Part shown: in pieces, positions 7,485 to 16,364 of the stretch
How the letters are laid out: every line of letters starts with the position of its first letter
How positions within the stretch are numbered: the first letter of the stretch is position 1
Program-made: the position numbers and the translations under genes
Assembly (NCBI GenBank): GCA_018061205.1
Contig: JAGOUP010000001.1
Location: forward strand, 1 to 46,616
Source of the DNA: Candidatus Levyibacteriota bacterium
Lineage (GTDB): Bacteria > Patescibacteriota > Microgenomatia > Levybacterales > UBA12049
Direction: 5' to 3'
Length of the DNA: 46,616 nucleotides
Notes under the pieces: generated by a model
Told to the model about the DNA's origin: nothing
The model's database searches: none
What the model saw: only the letters and a program-made list of their open reading frames with translations

Positions 7485-9023
7485 ATGGAGAGTATGATTG
7501 TTGTCGTTGATTTTGGAGGACAAACAGCACATCTGATCTCACGCCGCCTCAAAGAACTCGGAGTTTCTTCACGAATGGTTATCCCCGAAGAAGCGTTAGC
7601 TGAAATCACGAAAACAAAACCAAAAGGCATTATTCTTTCAGGTGGCCCTTCATCAGTATATGGTGATAATGCACCAACAATAGATACAAAAATTTTCTCT
7701 GTAGATATTCCTGTGTTAGGTATCTGCTATGGTGTACAACTGTTTGCCCATTTATTAGGTGGGGAAGTGGTATCTGGAAAAAAGGAGTATGGACCAGCGG
7801 ACATTGAGATAACAACACCGAATACCAAGCTTACCAAAGGGTTACCTAAAACGTTTACTGTCTGGATGAGTCATGGTGATGAGGTTATTAGTATTCCAAA
7901 AGGGTATAGTACTGTTGGTTCAACGCCGCATGTGCCACATGCCTTTGTCGAAAATGATGAAAAAAAAATATATGGTGTGCAGTTTCATCCTGAGGTAGAG
8001 CATACACAGCATGGCATGGTGATTTTGCAAAACTTCATAGAGATTTGTGGTATTACGGCAAAACATGAAGTTGTGGATCTAGAAGCGATGAAAGCTCAAA
8101 TCAAAGAAACTGTTGGTGATGCATATGTTATTGGTGCAGTTTCTGGTGGTGTTGATTCAACTGTTGCTGGTATTTTAACTGCACAAGCAATTGGTGATCA
8201 CTTCTTGCCGATTTATGTAGACAATGGGTTGATGAGGGAGGGAACAGAGGAGTCTGTGAAAAGACTTTTCACAGAACAAGGGCATATTAGGCCTATAGTC
8301 CTTAGAACAGAGCAGGAGACTGTGGATAACTTGGCTGGTATAACTGATCCTGAGGCTAAAAGAAAGTGGATTGGATCAAACTATATCAAGCTATTTGAGC
8401 AAGAAATGGACAAACTGATCTCGAAAGGTTTAGATGTCAAATTCTTACTGCAAGGGACTATTTATTCAGATGTTATTGAATCGCAAGGCTCAAAACATTC
8501 CTCAAAGATAAAATCACACCACAATGTCGGGGGTCTCCCCGAGCACATGAAGCTTACCTTACTTGAACCTTTGAGGCAATACTATAAAGATGAGGTTCGA
8601 ATTATCGGTGAGACGCTTGGACTGCCAAAGGAGTTCGTCTGGAAGCAGCCTTTTCCAGGGCCAGGGTATGCTGTTCGTATTCGTGGTGAGGTTACTATGG
8701 ATCGTCTGAAAAAAATACGAATGGCCGATCAGATAGTATTACAGGAGCTCGAAAAAGCAAATCTGCTGAATGACGTATTCCAGTCATTTGCGATTATGAC
8801 CGGTGCATTCTCAACTGCTGTCAAAGGAGATGAGAAATTTTTTGGAGAAGTTATCGCTATTCGTGTTGTTAATTCCAAAGATATCATGACTGCAACATGG
8901 GCACCTCTCCCCTACAATGTCTTACAAAATATGAGTAGTCGCATTGTTAACGAAGTGCCTCAAATCTCGCGCGTGGTATATGACATAACCACCAAGCCTC
9001 CTGCCACCATGGAATGGGAATGA
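7485..9023 (+). CDS. guaA: GMP synthase (glutamine-hydrolysing)
   Basis: 512 aa. GATase domain (GICYGVQ, FHPEV), ATP-PPase P-loop SGGVDSTV, C-terminal dimerisation domain ending PPATMEWE. Confidence 0.95.
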   Translation: MESMIVVVDFGGQTAHLISRRLKELGVSSRMVIPEEALAEITKTKPKGIILSGGPSSVYGDNAPTIDTKIFSVDIPVLGICYGVQLFAHLLGGEVVSGKKEYGPADIEITTPNTKLTKGLPKTFTVWMSHGDEVISIPKGYSTVGSTPHVPHAFVENDEKKIYGVQFHPEVEHTQHGMVILQNFIEICGITAKHEVVDLEAMKAQIKETVGDAYVIGAVSGGVDSTVAGILTAQAIGDHFLPIYVDNGLMREGTEESVKRLFTEQGHIRPIVLRTEQETVDNLAGITDPEAKRKWIGSNYIKLFEQEMDKLISKGLDVKFLLQGTIYSDVIESQGSKHSSKIKSHHNVGGLPEHMKLTLLEPLRQYYKDEVRIIGETLGLPKEFVWKQPFPGPGYAVRIRGEVTMDRLKKIRMADQIVLQELEKANLLNDVFQSFAIMTGAFSTAVKGDEKFFGEVIAIRVVNSKDIMTATWAPLPYNVLQNMSSRIVNEVPQISRVVYDITTKPPATMEWE

Positions 9024-9514
9024 AAAAGCAACACTATAAGATAGGTTTGATTATTGGGAGATTTCAACCATTCCACCACGGTCATGCCTATTTACTCAAG
9101 AAAGCACTCGAATATTGTGATGAAATAGTCATAGGTATTGGGAGTGCGAACAAAACTGATGCAGATAATCCCTGGAATGTCGTTATGAGAAAAAAAATGA
9201 TTGAGGCATTTTTAGAACATGAAAATCTTGCAGATAAAGTGCATACAATTGTAACGCTTGATGATATGACTGATGAAGCATGGACAAAAGAAGTATTACA
9301 AAAAGCAGGCAACTTTGATGTTGTGATTGGTAACAATGATTGGGTAAATAGTCTCTTAGGAGATGCAGGAAAAAAAGTGCTGACACTTCCCTACTTCCAA
9401 AGATTTTTATATGAAGGACAAAAAATAAGAAAAAATATGAAGGAAGGAAAAGAATGGGAAAATAGAGTTCCATCGTATATCACTCCCTTGCTCAAAGGTA
9501 CGATTAACGATTAA
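9014..9514 (+). CDS. nicotinamide-nucleotide adenylyltransferase (archaeal/NadM-type cytidylyltransferase fold)
   Basis: 166 aa. GRFQPFHHGH nucleotidyltransferase motif. An alternative start at 9020 forms an ATGA overlap with the guaA stop. The last codons and the stop lie in a 7-bp tandem repeat. Confidence 0.7.
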   Translation: MGMKKQHYKIGLIIGRFQPFHHGHAYLLKKALEYCDEIVIGIGSANKTDADNPWNVVMRKKMIEAFLEHENLADKVHTIVTLDDMTDEAWTKEVLQKAGNFDVVIGNNDWVNSLLGDAGKKVLTLPYFQRFLYEGQKIRKNMKEGKEWENRVPSYITPLLKGTIND

Positions 9515-9535
9515 CGATTTAAGATTTATGATTTT
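9501..9535 (+). repeat. 7-bp tandem repeat (cgattaa-like) x5 across the NMNAT stop codon
   Basis: cgattaa cgattaa cgattta agattta tgatttt. Confidence 0.8.
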
Positions 9536-9557
9536 TCTGTCAACATTGATCTTTTTG

Positions 9558-9745
9558 GTGGTTCCCGCCATTAGGAGCACGCGTTAAGAAAATGTGACGA
9601 GTGAACGTCCCGTAGGGAAAAAGAGATAGGCGGAGCGAAACGCAGTGAGCGCAGTCCGTCTTTTTAGTGAACGAGGAAGCATTTTTAGCGAGCGCACGCT
9701 GGCGGAGGCTTTTGGACACTTTTGCAGTAAAAGTGTCAGAAAATA
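9558..9745 (+). repeat. composite repeat family C, copy 2
   Basis: Same termini plus a central gataggcggagcgaaacgcagtgagcgcagtccgtc module. Same orientation as the other copies. Confidence 0.8.
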
Positions 9746-9750
9746 TAATT

Positions 9751-10677
9751 ATGAAAGATGTGATAGGTATCGGTTCAGCATTTGTTGATTATTTCTTTGA
9801 TGTTGATGAGTCGTTTTTGCAGCGTGTACATCTGAGTCCAGAAGATTCACGTGCTATTACCCCGCAGGAATTTACGACGACATTTTCAGAATTACCAGTT
9901 TTAGCAAAAAGTCCTGGGGGTTCTACTCTCATTACGCTAGCAACGCTTGCTTCTTTAAGTATCCCAGTTGGCTATGCGGGTATTACTGGTGATGATACAG
10001 ATGGATTATTTTGGGAGACGAATCTCTCTTCTGTTTCTTTGCAGTTGCAAAAAAAAGGAGAGACTGCGAGATCAGCATGTTTGTTGAGTAACAATCGTGA
10101 GAACAGATCATTTTTATATACACAAGATAAAAAAGAAAACGATTTTTTTGATGATGTCGATTTTGATATTCTGAATAACTGCAAACTACTTCACATAACC
10201 CCCTTTTATAATGACACGGAAGTAACACTGGAAAAATTGATAAAACTCACCGACCATATTGAAAAGCCAAAAATCAGTTTTAACCCTGCTTTGGTTTATT
10301 CGATGCTTGGTTTAAAAAAGCTTGCTCCTATTCTGAAAAGAACAGAAATCATCTTTTTTAGTAAAGAAGAATTATCGCTGCTTTTTACAGATATAAAAAA
10401 AGGAAGCAAAGAACTAGTAACATATGGTCCAAAAATTGTCGTCTGTACCCTGGGTGAAAAAGGTGCATTGATAACATCAAGAGACAAACAAATTTTAGTA
10501 GCAACAAAACCAGTTACGAATATCATTGATACCACAGGAGCAGGTGATGCATTTGCTGCCGGATTTTTATCAGGAATTCTACAAAATAAATCCCTTGAAG
10601 AGTCCGCTAACATAGCCAACAAAATTGCAGGAAAAAGCATCACAAATTTCGGCCTAAATTGGATTTACAGCAAGTGA
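9751..10677 (+). CDS. PfkB-family sugar/nucleoside kinase (ribokinase or adenosine kinase-like)
   Basis: C-terminal DTTGAGDAFAAGFL motif. Start moved from 9667 to ATG 9751 because the first 28 codons of the ORF-track call lie inside a dispersed repeat copy. Confidence 0.75.
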   Translation: MKDVIGIGSAFVDYFFDVDESFLQRVHLSPEDSRAITPQEFTTTFSELPVLAKSPGGSTLITLATLASLSIPVGYAGITGDDTDGLFWETNLSSVSLQLQKKGETARSACLLSNNRENRSFLYTQDKKENDFFDDVDFDILNNCKLLHITPFYNDTEVTLEKLIKLTDHIEKPKISFNPALVYSMLGLKKLAPILKRTEIIFFSKEELSLLFTDIKKGSKELVTYGPKIVVCTLGEKGALITSRDKQILVATKPVTNIIDTTGAGDAFAAGFLSGILQNKSLEESANIANKIAGKSITNFGLNWIYSK

Positions 10678-10700
10678 GACTAACAATATATACGTACTTG

Positions 10701-10728
10701 CAAAATACAAAATACCAAATACGAAATA
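10701..10728 (+). repeat. 7-bp tandem repeat (cNaaata) x4
   Basis: caaaata caaaata ccaaata cgaaata, between convergent gene ends. Confidence 0.75.
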
Positions 10729-10731
10729 CTT

Positions 10732-11448
10732 TTATTTCTCTTTCTCAAAAAACTTCGTAAGAATTTGTATAAATTCTCTCTTCCACTCCCCTCTTGAGAG
10801 TTGATGATCTGCGTCGATCATGATTTTGTGTGTCGCATTTTCTCCAGCAGCCCGAAGGTAAAATTCTATAATACTATGTGGGATGATTTGATCTTTTTCT
10901 GATTCAATAATCATGAATTTGCCATGAATACTTTTAACACCAGTGAGTGACACATTAGTTTCTTCAGGAGTCATATCAGTGAAAAAATCTTCCTTGCGAT
11001 CAGCAATGAGTTTTGCTGTAGGAGTGTCCATATCTTTATTTGTGTATAGTGCTGGTGCTCGAAGAATGAGATTTTTAACAGAACGTTTATCAGCTAGCAT
11101 AGCTGCGAGATTTCCACCATAACTTGTTCCAACAACGGAAATATTATTTACATCGACATTTTTCTGCATTGCCAAAAAATCATATGCTGCGATTGCATCA
11201 GTGAGATGATCAGCTCTTGAAAACTCATCCAATTTCCCATCACTCTCCCCATGTCCACGAAGATCGATTGTTAAGCAAATAAAATCCATAGAGACAAGTG
11301 GCTCTGCCCGAAATGTATACCCCTGTCGATCACTACTCCATCCATGAATCAGAATGATAGCAGAATTTTTTTCTTTCAGTTTCTCAGGGAGAAAAAGCGT
11401 ACCTTTTATATGTTGTTTATTTGTCGTCACAATCGTTACATCTTTCAT
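10732..11448 (-). CDS. alpha/beta hydrolase (dienelactone hydrolase / S9-like)
   Basis: 238 aa. HGWSS oxyanion region, nucleophile elbow GTSYGG, C-terminal DADH. Confidence 0.7.
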   Translation of the reverse strand: MKDVTIVTTNKQHIKGTLFLPEKLKEKNSAIILIHGWSSDRQGYTFRAEPLVSMDFICLTIDLRGHGESDGKLDEFSRADHLTDAIAAYDFLAMQKNVDVNNISVVGTSYGGNLAAMLADKRSVKNLILRAPALYTNKDMDTPTAKLIADRKEDFFTDMTPEETNVSLTGVKSIHGKFMIIESEKDQIIPHSIIEFYLRAAGENATHKIMIDADHQLSRGEWKREFIQILTKFFEKEK

Positions 11449-11471
11449 AACACAAAGCCGCGTTTGACGCG

Positions 11472-11535
11472 GTCATCCTGAATTTATCCTTCGATATACT
11501 CAGGATCCTGAGCTTGCCGAATGGATTTCAGCATC
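11472..11535 (+). repeat. degenerate or composite copy of the hairpin elements
   Basis: gtcatcctgaa...tcaggatcctgagcttgccgaatggatttcagcatc. The tcctgagcttgccgaa hairpin appears nested inside a tgtcatcctgaa..ttcagcat element. Confidence 0.6.
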
Positions 11536-11538
11536 TCG

Positions 11539-11583
11539 TTATTTGTCTTATCAGTCTTAGTTGTCCTATTGGTTTTATACTCT
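11539..11583 (+). repeat. 9-bp tandem array x5 (consensus TTATNNGTC)
   Basis: ttatttgtc ttatcagtc ttagttgtc ctattggtt ttatactct. Same consensus and orientation as 3685-3729. Confidence 0.75.
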
Positions 11584-12707
11584 CACCGTAAATTCAGTGT
11601 ATCACCTTTAAATGTAATATTTCTTGGTGTTATAATAACTTGCTTAGCACCTTTCTTTACGTATCCTGCATCTATTCCCTGGAATTTATTTTTTTTAATT
11701 ATTGCCAGTGTTTTTTCCACATCTTTTTCTGGTAGAAAGAGTGCATAGTCCTGCCCCATGTTATATGTATGGTACATATCATAATCATTCATTCCTGCGT
11801 TTTCTTGAATAAATGAAAATATTTCTTGTGGTTCAAAAATATGTTCCAATAGATATGTAAATTCTTTTCGTGCTCGCATAATCTTTCGCAAGCCATGCCC
11901 TGTTATATTGGAGATGTAATGTAAATCAATGTTTGCATCCAACAACTCTTGAATCAGTTTTGCGTAGATATTTGTTTTCGTCAGCAGTGCTTCTCCATAC
12001 AATTCTCCACTGGGTAATTTGGTTCCATACCCTTTTGGTAATTTTTTTGCAATTGCTCGGGTGAGTGAAATACCGTTTGCGTTCACACCATTACTTTTTA
12101 AGAGTATGATTCTATCCCCTACTTTCAGTTTTTTATCATTGAGGAGTCGTTTTTTTTGTTTGATGATGCCAACAACTGAAGAGCCGAGTGCGATAGCTTT
12201 TTTCTCAACAATATCATTATATGATGGTGTTTCTCCTCCACCCCAAGTAGCACCGCTGAGATTACATGCATCTTCCCATCCTTTGACTAAATCTTTGATA
12301 CGGGGTACATCATTGAACCAATTACTATCACCAACTGCCCAAAATGCATGAACAGTCAAAGGTTTTGCACCCACAGAAACCAGATCATTAACTGCTGATG
12401 CGATTGTGTCATGACCGATGACATCATAATATGTTTTTCCGCTTATCTCTCTGGTGCCATCGGCAACGAGATTTTTTGTTCCGAGACTTTCCATGATTGT
12501 TGCCATGTATATATCTCCGACAGTCCAAACAAATGCAGATTCTCCTCTTGAATCAGGTATTTCAGGAAAGCCTGCTTTTGTTAAATTCTTTGCCGTTTTG
12601 CGTGCTGCTTCTTGCCCGAGTTTTTTTGCAGGATCGAGTGATCCATAGTTCACTCCTGATTGTTCATAGGTCATTTTCTTCTTTTTCATATCAGGCTTTT
12701 TTGACAT
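11583..12707 (-). CDS. purM: phosphoribosylformylglycinamidine cyclo-ligase (AIR synthetase)
   Basis: 374 aa, PurM-type N- and C-domains, position in the pur cluster. The start could instead be ATG 12689 or 12674 (Lys-rich N-terminal extension). Confidence 0.9.
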   Translation of the reverse strand: MSKKPDMKKKKMTYEQSGVNYGSLDPAKKLGQEAARKTAKNLTKAGFPEIPDSRGESAFVWTVGDIYMATIMESLGTKNLVADGTREISGKTYYDVIGHDTIASAVNDLVSVGAKPLTVHAFWAVGDSNWFNDVPRIKDLVKGWEDACNLSGATWGGGETPSYNDIVEKKAIALGSSVVGIIKQKKRLLNDKKLKVGDRIILLKSNGVNANGISLTRAIAKKLPKGYGTKLPSGELYGEALLTKTNIYAKLIQELLDANIDLHYISNITGHGLRKIMRARKEFTYLLEHIFEPQEIFSFIQENAGMNDYDMYHTYNMGQDYALFLPEKDVEKTLAIIKKNKFQGIDAGYVKKGAKQVIITPRNITFKGDTLNLR

Positions 12708-13476
12708 AGGAAATCATGTTTTTAAAAATTTGGAGTCCGTGTGGTTTTGTGATGTTTGTTCTTCTCCAATTTGGGTGTTGTTGCGTTTGAACAAAACATT
12801 CAGGATGGGGCATAAGACCCAAAATTCTGCCACTTGTATCAGTGACTCCGCCAATTGCATTGAGTGCCCCATTTGGATTTTCAGGATAGTGTTGTGTTGG
12901 GTTACTCGCATTATCAATATAGCGAAACGCAACCAGATTATTTTCTTCTATTTGTTTGAGTGTTTTATTATCAGTGAAGAATTTTCCTTCGCCATGAGCC
13001 ACAGGATAGAGGACGTGCTTTTCTTGCATGTCTTGCAGGAATACACATCGACTTTTCTCAATTTTGAGTGGTACCCATCGGCATTCAAAATGCCCGGAGT
13101 CATTATTCGTCAAAGTAACAGACATAGTTCCTACATTTCCAAATGGCAAGAGTCCTGTTCGAACCAATGCTTGAAACCCATTACAAATACCAATCGTTAA
13201 CGTATCTTTCCGATTGATAAATGTTTGCAGCTCATTTTTGAAAAATGACGTCAGTTCTGTTGCTAAGATTTTCCCAGATGCGATATCATCACCATATGCA
13301 AAACCACCAGGGATGGCGAGGATTTGATAGTTTTTAAAACTATCTTTTTTTGCACGTAAATCATTGATATGTACAATAGCTGCATTTCCTCCAGCAATAT
13401 CAAATGCATACTTCAATTCCACATCCCGATTGATCCCATCCGCGAGTAATACTAATACTTTCGGTTTCGTTTTCAT
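12691..13476 (-). CDS. purQ: FGAM synthase glutaminase subunit
   Basis: 261 aa. Class I GATase with GICNGFQ nucleophile motif and HPE near the C-terminus. Adjacent to purL. Confidence 0.9.
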   Translation of the reverse strand: MKTKPKVLVLLADGINRDVELKYAFDIAGGNAAIVHINDLRAKKDSFKNYQILAIPGGFAYGDDIASGKILATELTSFFKNELQTFINRKDTLTIGICNGFQALVRTGLLPFGNVGTMSVTLTNNDSGHFECRWVPLKIEKSRCVFLQDMQEKHVLYPVAHGEGKFFTDNKTLKQIEENNLVAFRYIDNASNPTQHYPENPNGALNAIGGVTDTSGRILGLMPHPECFVQTQQHPNWRRTNITKPHGLQIFKNMISYVKKA

Positions 13477-13505
13477 AACAATTTAGCAATATAACAATTG
13501 AACAA

Positions 13506-16331
13506 TCAAGAAAAAAGTTCCTTCATCGGCTTCTGCCAAGCCATCTTCAAATCTTCAAGCTTTACACTGAAAAGATTTTTGACTTCAATCGTTTTCTCTT
13601 TTTGTGTTTTACCCATCACCATATAGGGAATACCCTTAAACAAACCCTTAGCAACCCTTTCATTTGCTACTTCTACAACAAAACATCCTGCAGTTTCATT
13701 GAACAGTAGTTTCTCGGGATTTTTTTCTTTCAGAGTTATTGTTGCTCCCATTTCTCCACCAACACACATTTCAAAAATTGTGGTGATGATGCCTCCTTCA
13801 CTCACATCATGACATGAGAGGATTTTTCCATTACCAATTCCTTTATAAATACTGTTAAATAGTTGGGGTAATTTTTGTAGATCTGCTTTTGGTACTGATG
13901 TGCCCAGAGTTTTATTGATGTCATAATAAATAGAACCACCTAGTGAATCATCTGGTCTGCCGACGAGGCAGATAACAGAATCTGTTTTCTTGAAATCAGT
14001 AGTTTGTGTTTTTTGAATATCTTTTATTCTGCCAAAAGCAGCAATACCCAAAACAGGTGGAATTTTTAAAACCATGCCATCTTTTCCTCTATATGTTGAA
14101 GAAAGACTATCTTTTCCTGAAATGACAGGTGTGCCAAATGTTTTCATCAAATCAATCACTGCATCCACACTGCGATCAAGTGTCCACAGACTTTCTTCAT
14201 CAGGAAACGGCCACACATAATTATTTATCAGGGACGTCTCTTTATAGTTTCCTCCTACCGCCACCAGGTTACTGAGTGCTTCAACACCTGCCCATATACT
14301 GCCCCAGTATGGATCTATGTTATTTAAAATCGGATTGATACCATGAGAAACAATCATGCCATATGGTTTGTTGAGTAGGGGACGAATGACTGCTGCATCA
14401 TTTGGTCCATCCATTTTTTCTCCACTGTATGGTGCCACAATGCTCGTTCCTTGTACACTATGATCATACATGCGAACAATCGGTTCCTTCGAACAAACAT
14501 TCCCATGAGAAAGGATTTTTTCTACTGTGGTAATCCATTCTTTTTCTGTTTTTGGTCCCTTCGGCTCTCTTCCCTTAATTCGTAATTCGTAATTCGTAAT
14601 TCTTTTTGCCGTCATCTGTCTTTGTGGTAGTCCATGATGTAAAAATTCCATATCTAAATTACATACGACTTCTTTTTTATAGAGCACTTCGAGTTTTTTT
14701 GTTTTCGTAAATTCACCCAAGAGGGATACTTCGACATTATATTTTTTTGCCACTGTTTGAAATGCTTTTATTTTGTCCTTTGGAATTGCTAGAACCATAC
14801 GTTCTTGTGATTCAGCGACCCATATTTCCCAAGGAGACAGACCAGGATATTTTAATCGTTCATGTTCTAGGTGTACACGAATGCCAGTTGTAGCGCCGAT
14901 TTCACCAACAGCTGATGAGAGACCACCGCCTCCGCTATCTTGTATTGCTCTGATCAAATTTTTATCTCGTGCTTCAAGTATCAAATCAGCAACTCGTTTT
15001 TCTTCAATTGCATTTCCTATTTGTACTGCTTGAGCATTCACATTGATTGTTCTCTCAGTCATCTCTGCACTCGAGAATGTCGCACCATGAATGCCGTCTC
15101 TACCGACTCTGCCCCCTATGCTGATCACGACATCTCCAGGTTTTGGTTTTCCTATTTGTGCTGTTTTTTTAGGGAGTATACCATATGCACCAACGAGGAC
15201 TGTGGGTTTTGCTCGAAAATCATCGTGAAAATGAAATGAACCATTATTCGTTGGTATACCGATTCGATTGCCATAATCTCTCACCGCTGCAACTACTCGT
15301 TTTAAAATATACCGGGGAGGGAGACAGCCGGGAGGTAATGTCTCTGATGACAAATCAGGAGGAGCCAGACAGAAGACATCTGTTGAAACGAGTGTCTTAG
15401 CACCTTGTCCTGTTGCCATGACATCTCGGAATACACCGCCACTGCCAGTCATAGCACCACCGTATGGTTCAATAGCAGATGGAGAGTTGTGAGTTTCTGC
15501 TTTTCCGCAAATTGCATAGCCATCATAAAAATCCATAACACCTGAGTTGTCGACAAATGCTGAGACGATATGTTTTTTATGTTTCCATGCTTCTTTTTGA
15601 ATACGTTTAATAAACGGCATTTTGCTGTTTCCATCAACAGTGAGTGCTGCTTTAAATGTTTTATGCCCTGAATGTTCACTCCATGTTTGTGCAATTGTTT
15701 CTATTTCGCAATCAGTTGGGTCTCGTTTTAAATGTGAAAAATATGTTTGGATGACTTTTATTTCTTCTAAATTTAAAAAGAGTTTATCTTTGGAAAGTGT
15801 CAAAAGTTCATCATCACTCATATCCCGTAGTGGAATTGTTTCTGTTTTTCCAACACTACCTTTAATTACTAACGTTTTAGGATTTTCAGTGACGATATGT
15901 TCGACAAGTTTGTTGTAGAGGTTTAATTTTGTAATAATGTCGATGGTTTTTTCTTTGTTGACGCTTCCATAGAATCCATATTCACGACTGGTATCAGCAG
16001 CTAAAAGTTTGATGCCTAAATCGTTTGCTGCTTTGAGAATTGAAGCAACTTCAGGATTCATAACACCTGGTTTATATGCTATTTCGATGACTTCTCTTGC
16101 ATCAGTGATCAGTGGTGTGTCTATGGAATATTTTTGATTGATAGATTCAGCAAAAAGTGTTTGAGCCAAAATTTTTACTTGTGCTTTTTCTATCCCTTCA
16201 ACCCTGTACACTTTTGTCGTCTGTATTTTTTTTACATCCGTATTGTGCAAAAAATGTTGTATATCAGACAACACTCCTTCTCCCAAAAGATCCGGTCCTT
16301 TTACTGTTTGTACTCGAATTGTATGCACCAT
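13506..16331 (-). CDS. purL: FGAM synthase II with two N-terminal PurS-like domains (PurS-PurS-PurL fusion)
   Basis: 941 aa, against about 740 aa for a small PurL. Residues 1-75 and about 80-150 each resemble PurS. The core carries PurL blocks (ETHNSPSAIEPYGGAMTG, GKDSLS). Carries an in-frame heptamer-repeat insert. Confidence 0.85.
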   Translation of the reverse strand: MVHTIRVQTVKGPDLLGEGVLSDIQHFLHNTDVKKIQTTKVYRVEGIEKAQVKILAQTLFAESINQKYSIDTPLITDAREVIEIAYKPGVMNPEVASILKAANDLGIKLLAADTSREYGFYGSVNKEKTIDIITKLNLYNKLVEHIVTENPKTLVIKGSVGKTETIPLRDMSDDELLTLSKDKLFLNLEEIKVIQTYFSHLKRDPTDCEIETIAQTWSEHSGHKTFKAALTVDGNSKMPFIKRIQKEAWKHKKHIVSAFVDNSGVMDFYDGYAICGKAETHNSPSAIEPYGGAMTGSGGVFRDVMATGQGAKTLVSTDVFCLAPPDLSSETLPPGCLPPRYILKRVVAAVRDYGNRIGIPTNNGSFHFHDDFRAKPTVLVGAYGILPKKTAQIGKPKPGDVVISIGGRVGRDGIHGATFSSAEMTERTINVNAQAVQIGNAIEEKRVADLILEARDKNLIRAIQDSGGGGLSSAVGEIGATTGIRVHLEHERLKYPGLSPWEIWVAESQERMVLAIPKDKIKAFQTVAKKYNVEVSLLGEFTKTKKLEVLYKKEVVCNLDMEFLHHGLPQRQMTAKRITNYELRIKGREPKGPKTEKEWITTVEKILSHGNVCSKEPIVRMYDHSVQGTSIVAPYSGEKMDGPNDAAVIRPLLNKPYGMIVSHGINPILNNIDPYWGSIWAGVEALSNLVAVGGNYKETSLINNYVWPFPDEESLWTLDRSVDAVIDLMKTFGTPVISGKDSLSSTYRGKDGMVLKIPPVLGIAAFGRIKDIQKTQTTDFKKTDSVICLVGRPDDSLGGSIYYDINKTLGTSVPKADLQKLPQLFNSIYKGIGNGKILSCHDVSEGGIITTIFEMCVGGEMGATITLKEKNPEKLLFNETAGCFVVEVANERVAKGLFKGIPYMVMGKTQKEKTIEVKNLFSVKLEDLKMAWQKPMKELFS
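14576..14603 (-). repeat. 7-bp tandem repeat (attacga on the coding strand) x about 4 inside purL
   Basis: Coding strand aga att acg aat tac gaa tta cga att aag gga = RITNYELRIKG. Confidence 0.9.
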
Positions 16332-16336
16332 AAACT

Positions 16337-16364
16337 CTTAATTCGTAATTCTTAATTCGTAATT
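16337..16364 (-). repeat. 14-bp unit cttaattcgtaatt x2, filling the purD-purL spacer
   Basis: Same aattacgaattaag motif as in purL and at the purF start. Confidence 0.85.

Noticed and set aside
9667-9750. 28-codon N-terminal extension of the PfkB kinase in the ORF track
   Set aside because: These codons lie entirely within copy 2 of the family C repeat. The conserved kinase sequence begins at ATG 9751.
11521-11748. 75-aa plus-strand hydrophobic ORF
   Set aside because: It starts inside the repeat pile-up and overlaps the purM 3' end on the opposite strand. Its hydrophobic look comes from T-rich tandem 9-mers.
14576-14603. Heptamer arrays as programmed phase-variation switches of purL and the pduO-like gene
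   Set aside because: The host genes are housekeeping enzymes for which on/off switching is implausible, and the arrays are short and imperfect at their ends. Frameshift potential is noted, but tolerated repeat insertion is the simpler reading.
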